Assembly (NCBI GenBank): GCA_046758965.1
Contig: JBHIBG010000004.1
Span: forward strand, 39,517 to 103,516
Length of the DNA: 64,000 nt
Direction: 5' to 3'
Source: Candidatus Methylomirabilia bacterium
Lineage (GTDB): Bacteria > Methylomirabilota > Methylomirabilia > Rokubacteriales > CSP1-6
Position numbers and translations under genes: made by a program. Of the stretch, positions 9,867-18,702 are shown piece after piece (the first letter of the stretch is position 1; each line of letters starts with the position of its first letter). The notes under the pieces were generated by a model. That model saw only the letters and a list, made by a program, of their open reading frames with translations, made no database searches and was not told where the DNA came from.

Positions 9867-11372
9867 TTACTGTTTGGCAAAGCCGGCAGCGTGCTCCCCC
9901 GCGAGCTTGCCAAAGACAGCGCCGGCCATCAGCCCGGCGCCACCGGGGTAGTTGTGGTAGAAGAGCCCTCCCACCAGCTCGCCGGCCGCGTAGAGGCCGG
10001 GGATCACGCGATCCTCGGTATCGAGCAGTTCGGCCCGCACGCTGACCCGAAGGCCCCCGAAAGTGAAGGTGATCCCGCAGGTGACGGCATAGCCTACGAA
10101 CGGTGGGGAGTCCAGGGGGAGCGCCCAGTTCGATTTGGGGGGCGTGATCCCCTTGGTGCATTTGCGGTCCAGGATCGCGGGGTTGAACTCGCCGGGCTGG
10201 ACTGCGGCGTTGAAACCCCGGAGGGTGCGAGAAAGCCCTTCGGGATCGATCTCGAGCTTCCGCGCCAGCTCCTCGACCGTCCCGGCTTCGGCCTTGGTGA
10301 CCTCCCGGATCCGATACTCCTCCCGAAGCAGCCGCACCACCCTCGTGTCGAAGATCTGAAAGGCGGCTCGCTGCGGTTGTCTCAGGATCTCCCGGCCGTA
10401 CTTGGCGTAGGTGTAGTTTCGAAAGTCGGCCCCCTCATCCACGAACCGTTCTCCTCTGGAGTTGACGATGATCCCCAGGGGGTAGGAGTGCTTCTGGAAA
10501 AGGTCACCGACCCGGCGATCACCGAACGGCGGGGCGTTGAGGTCCCAGGCTACGGCATGGCAGCCGGACCAGTGACCGTAGGGCTGGGCTCCGATCTCCA
10601 GGGCTATGCGGATCCCATCGCCGGTGTTGTGCCGGGTGCCCCGGACCCGCGCCAGCTCCCAATCCTGCCCCAGGTAGCGGGTCCGCCACTCCGGGTTGGC
10701 CTCGAAACCTCCTGAGGCCAACACCACGGCCCGCGCGACGATTTCCTGAAACCCGGCGGGTCCCTGACAGGTGAGACCGCGGATGGCGCCCCGATCGTTG
10801 AGGACGAGGCGCGTAGCCTTCGTGCCATAGCGCACCTCGACTCCGAGCCCTGCCGCTCGGTCGTAGAGTGCCTGAACCAGTCCCGGCCCACCCCCCACGG
10901 CTTCCACGCCGAGCCCGCCCCAGAACTGGTGTCGGTCACCCACCTTGTAGGATTGGCGTCCGAGCATGAAGATCCACCGGACCCCGTGGCTCCGCATCCA
11001 GACGACCGTCGGACGCGAACGGGTGACGAGGAGATCGGCGAGGTCCGGGTCTGCCAGATTCTCGGTGAGCCGCATGAGGTCGTCGTAAAACTGCTCCTCC
11101 GGATAGGGGTCGATCTCTACCGAGGCGGCTTCCCCGGGCGCGAGGTCGGGAATCACGTCCTTCCCGAGATCCTCGAGACCCGCGTGGGCGAAGCGGAATC
11201 CTCCGGCGGTGAAAAACGAGTTGCCGCCCCGCTGGGACTCGGGAGCCTTCTCGACAAGCAGCACGCGCGCGCCTCCTTCGCGCGCTGCCAGGGCAGCACA
11301 GAGAGCAGCGTTGCCGCCGCCGACGATCACCACATCGAATTCGCCGCCATTCCGCGCCATGGGGGGCATCAT
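9867..11372 (-). CDS. tcuA: FAD-dependent tricarballylate dehydrogenase TcuA/CobZ-like flavoprotein
   Basis: VGGGNAALCAA, RGGNSFFTAG, ASGGFEAN, RFVDEGADFRNYTYAKYG, GITFTFGGL, NYPGGAGLMAGAVFG. Confidence 0.85.
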   Translation of the reverse strand: MMPPMARNGGEFDVVIVGGGNAALCAALAAREGGARVLLVEKAPESQRGGNSFFTAGGFRFAHAGLEDLGKDVIPDLAPGEAASVEIDPYPEEQFYDDLMRLTENLADPDLADLLVTRSRPTVVWMRSHGVRWIFMLGRQSYKVGDRHQFWGGLGVEAVGGGPGLVQALYDRAAGLGVEVRYGTKATRLVLNDRGAIRGLTCQGPAGFQEIVARAVVLASGGFEANPEWRTRYLGQDWELARVRGTRHNTGDGIRIALEIGAQPYGHWSGCHAVAWDLNAPPFGDRRVGDLFQKHSYPLGIIVNSRGERFVDEGADFRNYTYAKYGREILRQPQRAAFQIFDTRVVRLLREEYRIREVTKAEAGTVEELARKLEIDPEGLSRTLRGFNAAVQPGEFNPAILDRKCTKGITPPKSNWALPLDSPPFVGYAVTCGITFTFGGLRVSVRAELLDTEDRVIPGLYAAGELVGGLFYHNYPGGAGLMAGAVFGKLAGEHAAGFAKQ

Positions 11373-11417
11373 CGGATCCGGGCGCCGGCGGGAGCGGATG
11401 CCGCCGCCGAAGGGGGA

Positions 11418-12236
11418 TCAGCCGACGATCTCTTCGCCGCCATCCACTCCAATCACGTTGCCGTTGATCCAGTGGGTGTCCGGGTGAGAGAGGACCACAA
11501 TGGCCTTTGCGACATCCTCCGCGGTCGTCATCCGCTTGGCGGGGTTCCGCTGGAGCGCCATGGTCTTGATCTCCTCGTAGCCCGGAATCTTCTGAGCGGA
11601 CGGCGTCTCAGTCACTCCCGCACGGATGGCGTTGACGGTGATCCCCCCGGGAGCCAACTCCATGGCGAGCTGGCGGATGTGGGATTCCAGGGCGGCCTTG
11701 GCGGCCGAGACCGGGCCGTAGTAGGGGAGGACCCGCCTGCCACCGGCTGAGGTCATCGCGAAGATTCGCCCGCCCTCGCCCATGAGGCCGCGAACCACCA
11801 CCTCCTGGGCCCAGTACACGAGGCTGTGAGCCATGACGTCCAGGGTCATGTCCATCTGCGCCTGGCTCACGGCCTCCTTGAGCGGCTCGATCACGTAGGG
11901 CTTCAACGTTCCGAAGGCCAGCGAGTGAAGCAGCACTCGCAGCGTGCCCGGTTCGCCTCGCTCCTCGAGCGTGCGCTGCATCTCGTCCAGCACCTCGGCT
12001 CGCTTCGCCGGGTCGGCGGCGTTAGCGTTGAAGAAGCGAGCCTCCCGACCCAGCGCGCTGATCGCTCCGACGATCCGCTCGACGTTCGGGAGGGTGGACT
12101 TTCGATCGAGGTGGACGCCGAAGACGTTGAGACCGGCCCGCGCGAGCGCCAGAGCGGTTGCCTCACCGAAGCCCGACGAGGCGCCGAGGATCAGGGCCCA
12201 GCCTCTGAGACGGATCGGAGAAGCCTCCGCGGTCAT
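11418..12236 (-). CDS. SDR oxidoreductase, enoyl-ACP reductase FabL-like
   Basis: GASSGFG, Y..VSAAK (YGPVSAAK), NAIRAG, GNVIGVDGG; SD GGAGG before ATG 12236. Confidence 0.85.
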   Translation of the reverse strand: MTAEASPIRLRGWALILGASSGFGEATALALARAGLNVFGVHLDRKSTLPNVERIVGAISALGREARFFNANAADPAKRAEVLDEMQRTLEERGEPGTLRVLLHSLAFGTLKPYVIEPLKEAVSQAQMDMTLDVMAHSLVYWAQEVVVRGLMGEGGRIFAMTSAGGRRVLPYYGPVSAAKAALESHIRQLAMELAPGGITVNAIRAGVTETPSAQKIPGYEEIKTMALQRNPAKRMTTAEDVAKAIVVLSHPDTHWINGNVIGVDGGEEIVG

Positions 12237-12319
12237 TCGGATCGACCTCCGTGCGCCGGTGTTGGGTCTATCTATTCTAGCGCAACTTCTCGCGCGGAGC
12301 GAGGTTCTGGCTCTTCCGA

Positions 12320-13009
12320 CTATCCCGCTCGCCAGCGCAGGAGGTGGGTGGCCAGCCACCACCCCCGATCCATCCGTCGCTTGAAGCGGGGCGAGGTGCG
12401 GTAGGCGAGAAGGGCTGCCTGCGGCGCCTCACGCGCCTTCCGGCGATCCCCGCTCCCGAGGTCGGCGCGCCCCAGCTTGTAGAGTCCTTCCACACTGGAG
12501 CCGTAAAGCTCCCGATGTTCCTCGAGGAGCCGGATCCCCTTGGCGAGTTCTCCCCGGTGGAGTGTGGCATCCGCCCAGTGGAGAAGGGGCTCCCCGTACC
12601 GGAGCTTGGGATCCAAGGCCAGGGCTTCCGCTAGGTCTCGTTTCCCCTCCGCGACCTGTCCCGTGCGGAGAAACGCCAAGCCGAGATCGGCACGCGCTCC
12701 CACCAGGTCTGGATGCCGCTCGACGACGGGAGTGAGCATCCCGATCGCTTCCTCATCGCGCCTCCGCCACACCAGCAACCGTCCCAGCTCCGAGCGCGCC
12801 GTGAGGTCGTGCGGGTTGGTGGCCACTGTCCGGTTGAGCGCTCTCATCGTCCGCCAATCCCTGAGGAGCGGTCCCACGCCGAACAGTCGTCCGGTGAGGT
12901 ACCCGTAACTCCCCGCGCTCAGGAGGAGAACCACGACCAGCGACAGGAGTTGGTTTCGGGTGATCCACGTGAGGAAGAGGAAGAGCCAAAGCCGTCCCAC
13001 GCGCTCCAT
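12320..13009 (-). CDS. Membrane-anchored tetratricopeptide repeat protein
   Basis: Hydrophobic N-terminus followed by TPR-like helices (ARSELGRLL, ARADLGLAF, GLYKLGRA); start may be GTG 13000. Confidence 0.7.
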   Translation of the reverse strand: MERVGRLWLFLFLTWITRNQLLSLVVVLLLSAGSYGYLTGRLFGVGPLLRDWRTMRALNRTVATNPHDLTARSELGRLLVWRRRDEEAIGMLTPVVERHPDLVGARADLGLAFLRTGQVAEGKRDLAEALALDPKLRYGEPLLHWADATLHRGELAKGIRLLEEHRELYGSSVEGLYKLGRADLGSGDRRKAREAPQAALLAYRTSPRFKRRMDRGWWLATHLLRWRAG

Positions 13010-13083
13010 GCTACCAGATGGCTGCCAACACGAAAAAGGTGTAGCGCTGGGCCTTTTCGGTAGTCTAGAATGAGCCTACCCTC

Positions 13084-13812
13084 ATGGCGAAAACAGCCGG
13101 GATCGTTGTCATCGGAAACGAGATCCTCTCCGGTAAGATCATCGACACCAATGCTGTGCACCTCTGCCGGGAGCTCCGGGCCCTAGGCGTGGAAATACGA
13201 AGGATCTCGGTGATCCCCGATGAGGTCGATGTGATCTGCCAGGAGGTCGCCGAGTGCAGCCGATCCTACGAGTTCGTGTTTACCTCCGGCGGGGTTGGTC
13301 CCACTCACGACGACGTGACGATCGAGGGGGTCGCCCGGGCCCTGGGGGTCAGCGTGGTCCGGGACCCGCGCCTGGTCGGGCTCTTGGATCAACACTATAA
13401 AGGGAAACTCAGCGACGCCCGGCTCAAAATGGCCGAGATTCCTGAGGGCGCAGAGCTGGTGGCCAGCGACTCCCTAGTCTTTCCCGCCATCGTGATCCGG
13501 AATGTGTACATCCTCCCCGGCGTCCCCGAGATCTTCAGGCAGAAGTTTGAGGCGATCAAAGAGCGATTCCGGGAGCAGCCGTACTGTCTGGCGAGCGTGT
13601 TCGTCAGGATGGGGGAGGCGACCCTGGCGGAATTCCTCAACGATCTCCTGGCGGCGCATCCACTTCTGATACTCGGGTCCTATCCCGAATTCTTCAACCC
13701 GGAATACAAGGTCAAGGTGACCCTCGAGTCCAAAGACAGGGCGTACCTCGACAAGGCTCTCGCCGAGTTCCTTGATCGGCTCCCCAATGAAGCGGTGGTG
13801 AAGGTCGAGTAA
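13084..13812 (+). CDS. CinA-like molybdopterin-binding-domain protein (COG1058 type, no PncC domain)
   Basis: IGNEILSGKIIDTN, TSGGVGPTHDDVT, LPGVP, GSYP. Confidence 0.88.
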   Translation: MAKTAGIVVIGNEILSGKIIDTNAVHLCRELRALGVEIRRISVIPDEVDVICQEVAECSRSYEFVFTSGGVGPTHDDVTIEGVARALGVSVVRDPRLVGLLDQHYKGKLSDARLKMAEIPEGAELVASDSLVFPAIVIRNVYILPGVPEIFRQKFEAIKERFREQPYCLASVFVRMGEATLAEFLNDLLAAHPLLILGSYPEFFNPEYKVKVTLESKDRAYLDKALAEFLDRLPNEAVVKVE

Positions 13813-13829
13813 GGAGAGGAGTCCTCGGC

Positions 13830-14138
13830 ATGATCGTGGTGAGCAACCGGATTCATGTGGTGAAGGGACAGGAGGCCGCGTTTGAGTGCCGGTTCGAAGG
13901 GCGGGCGGGCCTGGTCGACCGAATGCCAGGCTTCATACGACTCCAGATCCTCCGCCCCGTCCAGGGCGATGCCTACATGGTGATGACGTGGTGGGAGTCC
14001 GAGGCTCACTTCAGGGTCTGGACCGAGAGCCGGGAGTTCCTCCAGGCGCACGGAAACCGGCCGCCCAAGGAGATGTTCTCCAGCCCCAATATCTTCGAGC
14101 TGCACGAGGTTATCGAGCACGTGGAGCGAACGGTGTGA
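13830..14138 (+). CDS. Antibiotic biosynthesis monooxygenase / IsdG-like heme-degrading protein
   Basis: VSNRIHV, FECRF, PGFIRL, TWWESEAHFRVWTES..F..AH. Confidence 0.82.
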   Translation: MIVVSNRIHVVKGQEAAFECRFEGRAGLVDRMPGFIRLQILRPVQGDAYMVMTWWESEAHFRVWTESREFLQAHGNRPPKEMFSSPNIFELHEVIEHVERTV

Positions 14139-14215
14139 ACTCCGGCGCGCTCCCCGCGGCGCCGCCAGCTAAGGCCCGGGCACTCCTTGACTCGGCGATT
14201 CTTGGGCCCGGGTAT

Positions 14216-14626
14216 CTAAAACGTGAGGACCTTGTCGGCGGTCGCGATATCTTCCAACAGGAAGGCGGTGAGCCCGCGCACCTCGATCCCGTCGAGCAGG
14301 TCCTCGGCTCCCACCCCGCAGATGGCCATGGAAGAGCTGCACGCGTAGAGCCGGACATCCCCCAGCTCCTGTGACTGCCGGAGGAGTTGGGGGAGGTCGG
14401 TCAGCCCCTGGGTTTCCAGGCGCTTGCGGACCGGGCCTTCGCGCCCGCGATAGGCCTCCGAGAGGTTGATCTTCGAAGCTCGGCTCTTGGTGACCTTGAG
14501 GACCGCCTCGTCACGAAAGAAGACCCGTACGGCGATTCCCGAGGCCACGGCGACCATCAGGAGCGTGACGACCTGAACGAGGCTGTTGAAACTCCCGCGC
14601 GAGGCGATGACGGCGAGGGTCTTCAC
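14216..14626 (-). CDS. DsrE/DsrF-like (DrsE_2 type) sulfur-relay protein
   Basis: VRVFFRDEAV, VRLYACSSSM, GLTAFL, ADKVLTF C-terminus. Confidence 0.75.
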   Translation of the reverse strand: MKTLAVIASRGSFNSLVQVVTLLMVAVASGIAVRVFFRDEAVLKVTKSRASKINLSEAYRGREGPVRKRLETQGLTDLPQLLRQSQELGDVRLYACSSSMAICGVGAEDLLDGIEVRGLTAFLLEDIATADKVLTF

Positions 14627-14806
14627 GAGGCAGGTTCGCCAGCTTGCTTCTGGACGAAGGAGGCGATGAGAGCACCCCAGCGGGCGTCAGCCTCCCGGCG
14701 GTGGCCCGGGAAGCGGTGGCCGGTGTTCCGACACCAGGCGGGGTAGTCGTGCTCAGCTGCCGGATCCGAGATGCAGACCATGGAGGGTTTTTCCCTTGGT
14801 CGCCAT
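14623..14806 (-). pseudogene. tusA: TusA/SirA-type sulfur carrier, internally deleted and frameshifted
   Basis: SD GGAGG + MATKGKTL at 14806; different frame 14781-14623 encodes SDPAAEHDYPAWCRNTGH (TusA C-half); CPxP motif absent; GTGA overlap with the downstream DsrE gene. Confidence 0.7.
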
Positions 14807-14817
14807 GCGTCCTCCTC

Positions 14818-15147
14818 TCAGTGCCAGATGGCTTTGTCTGATTTCTCCATGAGAAGATCAACGAGGTCGTCCATGGTGCCTACGTTGACGGCCTCGGATC
14901 GCCGCTCCTTGGTGATGCCGCGCTGGCGAAGGGAGATTTCGTCGGCCAGGAGCATGAGGCTCCGGGCTTTGGCCTGTGAGGCGAGCTTTTTACCTGCCTG
15001 AAATCGCTTCCGCGCGGCGAACACTCCATCCTGGACGAGGTAGATCGTGACGTGGTGCTTGAGCTCTCGAAGCTGCTCTGCGAGCTCGAAAGCGTACTCA
15101 CCACCCTCTCCAGGGCTTTTGGATTCTACCAAGAGGTACCGTGACAG
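14818..15147 (-). CDS. DsrE/DsrH(TusB)-like protein
   Basis: YLLVESKSP, VTIYLVQDGV, LADEISLRQRGI, MDDLVDLL..KAIW; SD AAAGGAGG points to CTG at 15147. Confidence 0.72.
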   Translation of the reverse strand: MSRYLLVESKSPGEGGEYAFELAEQLRELKHHVTIYLVQDGVFAARKRFQAGKKLASQAKARSLMLLADEISLRQRGITKERRSEAVNVGTMDDLVDLLMEKSDKAIWH

Positions 15148-15241
15148 GGTAAGTCGCCTCCTTTCTGATCGACAATACGTGAAGATTTGCCTCTGACGTC
15201 AAGCGAATAGTAGTCGTCGCTGTTTCGCGGTCCGTTCCCCG

Positions 15242-16069
15242 TCAGTCTGGGGGTACGCCAGAGCTGATGGGGGAATCGAGGTACGGGTCAAGGAAGCGAG
15301 CCCATGCGATCCAGTACGCTACGCCGCCGACCAAGTAGGTGTCGTTGTGGCGACTGCCGCGGATGGTATAGAACGCTTTGGGTTTTGGAGCCGCGTCGAA
15401 CAGGCGGCGTCCGTGTTCATAGGGGACGATCTCGTCGCTGTCGCCGTGGAGAATGAAGACCGGAGAGTGGACTCGGCTGATCTTCGTCCGGGAATCGAAT
15501 CGGGTCTTAAACAAGACGCCGCTGCCAGGCAGTGTGCGGTTGGCCATGGCAGGGACCGACAGGAGTGGGGACTCCAGGATCAGGGCCACCGGTGGCGCGA
15601 CCAGATCGAGCTCGATGGCCACGGCGGCGCCAAGCGACCGACCGAAGTAGACGATCTGGTTCGCGTCAACGCCCTCGCGGATCAGGGCCTCGCGAGCGGC
15701 CCGCGCATCCCGGTAGAGGCCTTCCTCCGTGGGCTGGCCTTCGCTCCGGCCGTAACCCCGGTAATCGAAAATGAACACGCCGATACCGAGGTAGCGGTGG
15801 ATTGCCTCGATATTGTCGAGGCGGTGGCTCATGTTGCCGCCGTTCCCGTGGAACCACAAGAGCGTGAGCGGCCGTCGCCCCGGGACCAACCAGCCGTGCA
15901 GACGTACGCCGTCTTCCGCCTGAAACCATACCTCGCGATAGGGAAGACCCAGCGCGGCGGGGGAGCCATCGAGCTCTCGGCTTGGGAAGTAGATGAGGGC
16001 GCGCTCCATTCTCTCGCGGCACCCCCAGGCGACCAACCCGACCCCCAGCAGGATGAACACCCATCTCAT
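15242..16069 (-). CDS. Alpha/beta hydrolase (BEM46/ABHD13-like)
   Basis: LWFHGNGGN, FDYRGYGRSEG, GRSLG, HGDSDEIVP, HND. Confidence 0.9.
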   Translation of the reverse strand: MRWVFILLGVGLVAWGCRERMERALIYFPSRELDGSPAALGLPYREVWFQAEDGVRLHGWLVPGRRPLTLLWFHGNGGNMSHRLDNIEAIHRYLGIGVFIFDYRGYGRSEGQPTEEGLYRDARAAREALIREGVDANQIVYFGRSLGAAVAIELDLVAPPVALILESPLLSVPAMANRTLPGSGVLFKTRFDSRTKISRVHSPVFILHGDSDEIVPYEHGRRLFDAAPKPKAFYTIRGSRHNDTYLVGGVAYWIAWARFLDPYLDSPISSGVPPD

Positions 16070-16203
16070 GACCCGGTCACCAGGGCTCTCTCGCCCCACC
16101 ACTCACGGACCCCCATGGAAGCCTCCCGGGGCACCTGGACCACGTGACTGTATTGTAGCGTAGTTGCGAACGTCAACCCGAGGGTCGCGAAGGGTGACCC
16201 GTT

Positions 16204-16611
16204 CTACGAAGCTTCCTTGGCGAAGACGTGCGAGGCGTGATGATGAACCATCAGCCAGCGGCCCTCGGCCCGCTCGAAGAGGTTGGTGGTCAGCACCGAG
16301 GTAGCGGAGATGTCACCCCGCACTTGCGAGAGGATGCTCTCCGTGCAGGTGACCCACGCGAGGTTGCGCTCTACGCGGACGGAGACGTCGCCGAGGCTGA
16401 AGCGGATCTCCCCGGTAGTGGAGAAGATCGCCTCCCGGGAGTCCCGAACTGCGTCTGAGCCGGGGAGGAGCGCCCATCCCGGATGGACACACTTGACATG
16501 GGCCCCCTTGACCCAGGCCGCCTCCATCTCGACCAGGCTGAGGCTCTCGAATGCGCGGTAGAAGCGGGCGTTGGCCCCTTCAACCTCGGCGAGCTCATCG
16601 TCGCGGCCCAT
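16204..16611 (-). CDS. SnoaL/NTF2-like family protein
   Basis: ANARFYRAFE, CVHPGW, AWVTCTE, TNLFER, WLMVHHHAS; own SD and ATG at 16611. Confidence 0.85.
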   Translation of the reverse strand: MGRDDELAEVEGANARFYRAFESLSLVEMEAAWVKGAHVKCVHPGWALLPGSDAVRDSREAIFSTTGEIRFSLGDVSVRVERNLAWVTCTESILSQVRGDISATSVLTTNLFERAEGRWLMVHHHASHVFAKEAS

Positions 16612-16971
16612 TCCTCTTCCTCCGGACACGAGATGAGCACGCGCTCTCCCTCCCGGACCCACGCGGAGCGGGGTGAGGGAAGCGCCCGAGCAGGGGCCGG
16701 CAGTGCAGAGGCCAGTTTCCGGCCGGTAGACGGCGCCGTGCGTGGCGCAGATGAGGTGGCGGCCGTCCTCGGTGAAGAACTCGTTGGAAAATACGTCCAG
16801 GGGCGTACCCACGTGCGCGCAGCGATTCACGTAAGCGCAAAACTGGCGTTCGCGGTTGATCGCCAAGCCCTCACCCACCTTCGCCCCGCAGCGAAGGCGG
16901 AACTTGACCGACTGGCCCGGATCCAGCGAGGCCGCGGAGAAACTCCATTGAGCGAGTACCTCACTCCCCAT
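16612..16971 (-). CDS. Rieske [2Fe-2S] ferredoxin, read in frame into the SnoaL gene (probable frameshift near 16659)
   Basis: NRCAH and ICATHG ligand motifs, GPC; expected C-terminus VREGERVLISCP lies in another frame. Confidence 0.8.
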
Positions 16972-17153
16972 TGCCGGCTGCCCCCCCCTTGCATGATGGA
17001 GGGGGAACGACACTGCCTAGCATCGTTTCGACTGATCGTCGCGGCTCGTTTCGAGAGTGGTACGACAACCTTCGAGAAGACATAAGCGCCCCCGCCGGCC
17101 TGTGCGACCGACGAGAGCGTCGAAAGCCTGGGCGGGCCCGCCGCCGAGCGAGA

Positions 17154-17474
17154 TCATTGTCCAGGCGGGCGGTAGCTGATGGTCTTCTTCGTCGCCTGGT
17201 CCATCTCCTCGGGCGTGAGAAGGACTGTGGTCTTGACGTGGACCGCCCCGCTCGCGTTGACTGCCAGGGAGACCGCGGCGGTCGTGACATTGTCCGGCGC
17301 GTCGATAATACCGAACACGTCAGTCTCGCCGAAGGCATAGTAGAAGGCTTCCAGCCTCCCGCCCAGGGCCTTTGTCAAGTCGTCCACCACTGCCCGCCGT
17401 TTGGAGCCTCCGTCCTTGAGGAGCCCCTTCGCGCCTTCCGCCGTGTAGGAAGCCTGGAAGAGGTACTTGGGCAT
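17154..17474 (-). CDS. GYD-domain protein
   Basis: ASYTAEGAKGL, LGGRLEAFYYAFGETD, TTVLLTPEE; SD GGAGG. Confidence 0.88.
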   Translation of the reverse strand: MPKYLFQASYTAEGAKGLLKDGGSKRRAVVDDLTKALGGRLEAFYYAFGETDVFGIIDAPDNVTTAAVSLAVNASGAVHVKTTVLLTPEEMDQATKKTISYRPPGQ

Positions 17475-17513
17475 ATGACACCTCCCCGGGGATGTTTGTT
17501 GTCGGTGGGAAGG

Positions 17514-17542
17514 ACTCTATGCCACCCCCTGGAAGCTGTCAA
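17514..17542 (-). promoter_or_regulatory. Sigma70-type promoter of the GYD gene
   Basis: TTGACA-N17-TAGAGT on the minus strand. Confidence 0.6.
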
Positions 17543-17684
17543 GGCGGTGCTACCTTGACCCTCTCCGGTCTCCGGGCTAACCTTGACGCATCGCTTCTTC
17601 ATGCGACCGGTCCGGCTGGTGGAGGCCCCGGCACGAACTCTCCGCGGCGCCAAGAGGTGAACCGTTCACGGGTCAGGAGGGACT

Positions 17685-18548
17685 ATGGGCAGGACGATCT
17701 TTCGCGGCTACGACCAGAACGGGCTTGACAGGGAGTATGACAATCGTGGCAAGGTTGCAGATTTCGCCGACTACCTGGCCCGGTACGCCAAGGAGAGCGA
17801 GGCGGTGCGACCCGAGTTTGACTGCCGTCTCGATGTGCGGTACGGGTCGAGCCCGAGCGAGACCCTGGATCTGTTCCCAGCCCCTGGTTCCTCGCCAGCC
17901 CCGATCCAGCTGTTCATCCACGGCGGCTACTGGCGGGCGTTGGACAAGGCCGACTTCAGCTATGTCGTGCGGGCCTTTCGGCCGGCGGGCGCCGCGGTCG
18001 TGGTGATCAACTACGGGTTGATTCCGGCGGTCGACATGGACGAGCTGGTGCGGCAGTGCCGCAGCGCGATTGTCTGGGTCTATCGGAACGCCGGGTCGTT
18101 CGGCGGTGACCCCGAGCGGCTCTTCATCTCTGGGCACTCCGCGGGGGGGCATCTCGTGGCGATGTTGATGTCGACGGAGTGGCCGGCGTTGTTGCCGCCT
18201 GATCTCATCAAGGGTGGCGCCGGCATCAGCGGGCTCTACGATCTCGAGCCGATCCGTCTATGCTTTCTCAACGAGGAGCTGAAGCTGACGCCCGAACAGG
18301 CCCGGCGCAACACTCCGCTGCATCTCGTTCCGGAGCGAGCCGGCCCCCTGCTGCTTGCCATCGGGGCGCTGGAGGGCCGCGAGTATCACCGCCAAACCGA
18401 CGATCTGGCGGCGGCGTGGCGGACCCGCAGCCTGGCGTGCGAGGTCATGGACATGCCGGACCTCCATCATTTCTCCATCGTCGCCCAGCTCAACGATCCG
18501 GCGAGCGACCTGAGCCGAGCCATCCTCCGCCAGATGGGCCTCCACTGA
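17685..18548 (+). CDS. Alpha/beta hydrolase, arylformamidase (kynurenine formamidase)-like
   Basis: LDREYDNR, FIHGGYWR, GHSAGG, SGLYDL, HHF. Confidence 0.85.
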   Translation: MGRTIFRGYDQNGLDREYDNRGKVADFADYLARYAKESEAVRPEFDCRLDVRYGSSPSETLDLFPAPGSSPAPIQLFIHGGYWRALDKADFSYVVRAFRPAGAAVVVINYGLIPAVDMDELVRQCRSAIVWVYRNAGSFGGDPERLFISGHSAGGHLVAMLMSTEWPALLPPDLIKGGAGISGLYDLEPIRLCFLNEELKLTPEQARRNTPLHLVPERAGPLLLAIGALEGREYHRQTDDLAAAWRTRSLACEVMDMPDLHHFSIVAQLNDPASDLSRAILRQMGLH

Positions 18549-18601
18549 CGGGGCTCCCGTGTTCACTTGCCCCGCCGTATGGCGGTATGCTGGGGGTGAC
18601 C

Positions 18602-18694
18602 ATGTCTGTGGAAACGAGGCCGACCCTGGCAGCTCCGGAGATGGAGAGCAGTGACGTGAACAGCGTGCTGCCGACGATCCTCGCAACGCTCTGA
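18602..18694 (+). other. Candidate 30-aa small ORF or gene remnant
   Basis: TATGCT -10 and GGGGGTG upstream; MSVETRPTLAAPEMESSDVNSVLPTILATL; ends 8 nt before the rhomboid start. Confidence 0.3.
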
Positions 18695-18702
18695 GACCCG
18701 GC

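Noticed and set aside
14753..14755. TGA in the tusA N-terminal frame as a second selenocysteine codon
   Set aside because: The sequence after it in that frame is not TusA-like; homology continues in a different frame, which fits a deletion.
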